DNA of 51,069 bases, taken from the NCBI GenBank assembly GCA_964612595.1, contig CAZTFB010000003.1:98272-149340 (forward strand), read 5' to 3'. A model generated the notes under the pieces. That model was not told where the DNA came from. It searched no databases and saw only the letters and a list, made by a program, of their open reading frames with translations. The stretch comes from an uncultured Gammaproteobacteria bacterium. Its GTDB lineage: Bacteria > Patescibacteriota > Microgenomatia > UBA1406 > HO2-37-13b. The position numbers and the translations under genes are program-made. Positions 50,997 to 51,069 of this stretch are shown here, one piece after another (position 1 is the first letter of the stretch; each line of letters opens with the position of its first letter).

Positions 50997-51069
50997 CGCT
51001 TCTACCTTTCATGCTACTCCACCAGACCATCTGGTGAAGGTCCCCTTTCGGGAGACACTGTGAGAACGA

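Noticed and set aside
48437-51030. Numerous long ORFs on both strands of the GC-rich island (e.g. 48540..49256 +, 48832..49056 -, 50184..50609 +, 50237..50635 -, 50500..51030 -)
   Set aside because: These are typical GC-rich off-frame ORFs: Arg/Pro/Gly-rich products, low third-position GC and no SD. Only the frames with high GC3 and SD sites were kept.
1-51069. CRISPR array, rRNA genes, reverse transcriptase/DGR template-variable repeat pairs, integrase
   Set aside because: No regularly spaced direct repeats, rRNA-like sequence, YxDD polymerase motif, adenine-mismatched repeat pair or tyrosine/serine recombinase ORF was seen in any frame.

Overview
All calls are by eye from the sequence and the supplied ORF track; no searches or computations were run. 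Bases 1 to about 47,750 are visibly AT-rich. They look like chromosome from a small-genome, Patescibacteria/CPR-like bacterium (inference): many huge surface proteins, almost no Shine-Dalgarno (SD) sites, and many genes whose ATG sits 6-7 nt after a consensus -10 box (leaderless layout). Contents in order: (1) 1-15.0 kb, a cohesin/dockerin locus. Three small membrane-anchored cohesin-like proteins are interleaved with six large secreted proteins carrying PT linkers, vWA/MIDAS, FN3 or Cys-rich modules and C-terminal dockerin pairs. (2) 15.3-19.2 kb, a 7-TM protein followed by three ATP-grasp ligases, the first fused to a DTGA retropepsin-like domain. (3) nfo, pth, tRNA-Leu, a HigB/HigA-like toxin-antitoxin pair, and an SGNH hydrolase. 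(4) 22.4-30.3 kb, a 1695-aa Tc/Rhs-type cage protein with an N-terminal dockerin, followed by two separate signal-peptide-bearing RHS-core tip proteins. (5) tRNA-Ser, a DUF2207-like protein, small housekeeping or unknown genes, a WecG/TagA glycosyltransferase, tRNA-Arg, mreB, a PEGA protein and a sortase. (6) 38.9-46.8 kb, ATP-citrate lyase (aclBA), a 2-oxoacid:ferredoxin oxidoreductase, an amidohydrolase and ndk. This stretch carries seven copies of a ~30-nt REP-like element plus an IS200-like REP-associated tyrosine transposase (RAYT) flanked by inverted REPs. One REP lies in frame inside aclA. (7) From about 47.76 kb to the window end, a compositionally foreign, visibly GC-rich island. Its minus-strand genes have strong SD sites, and a ~80-120-nt hairpin module recurs three times. 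It also holds small ORFs, a 5'-unresolved vWA gene and a tRNA-like fragment inside an ORF. No rRNA, CRISPR array or reverse transcriptase was seen. The best candidates for new biology are the dockerin-tethered adhesin/Rhs display system, the ATP-grasp/7TM/retropepsin cluster, the REP-RAYT system that reshapes coding regions, and the GC-rich island.
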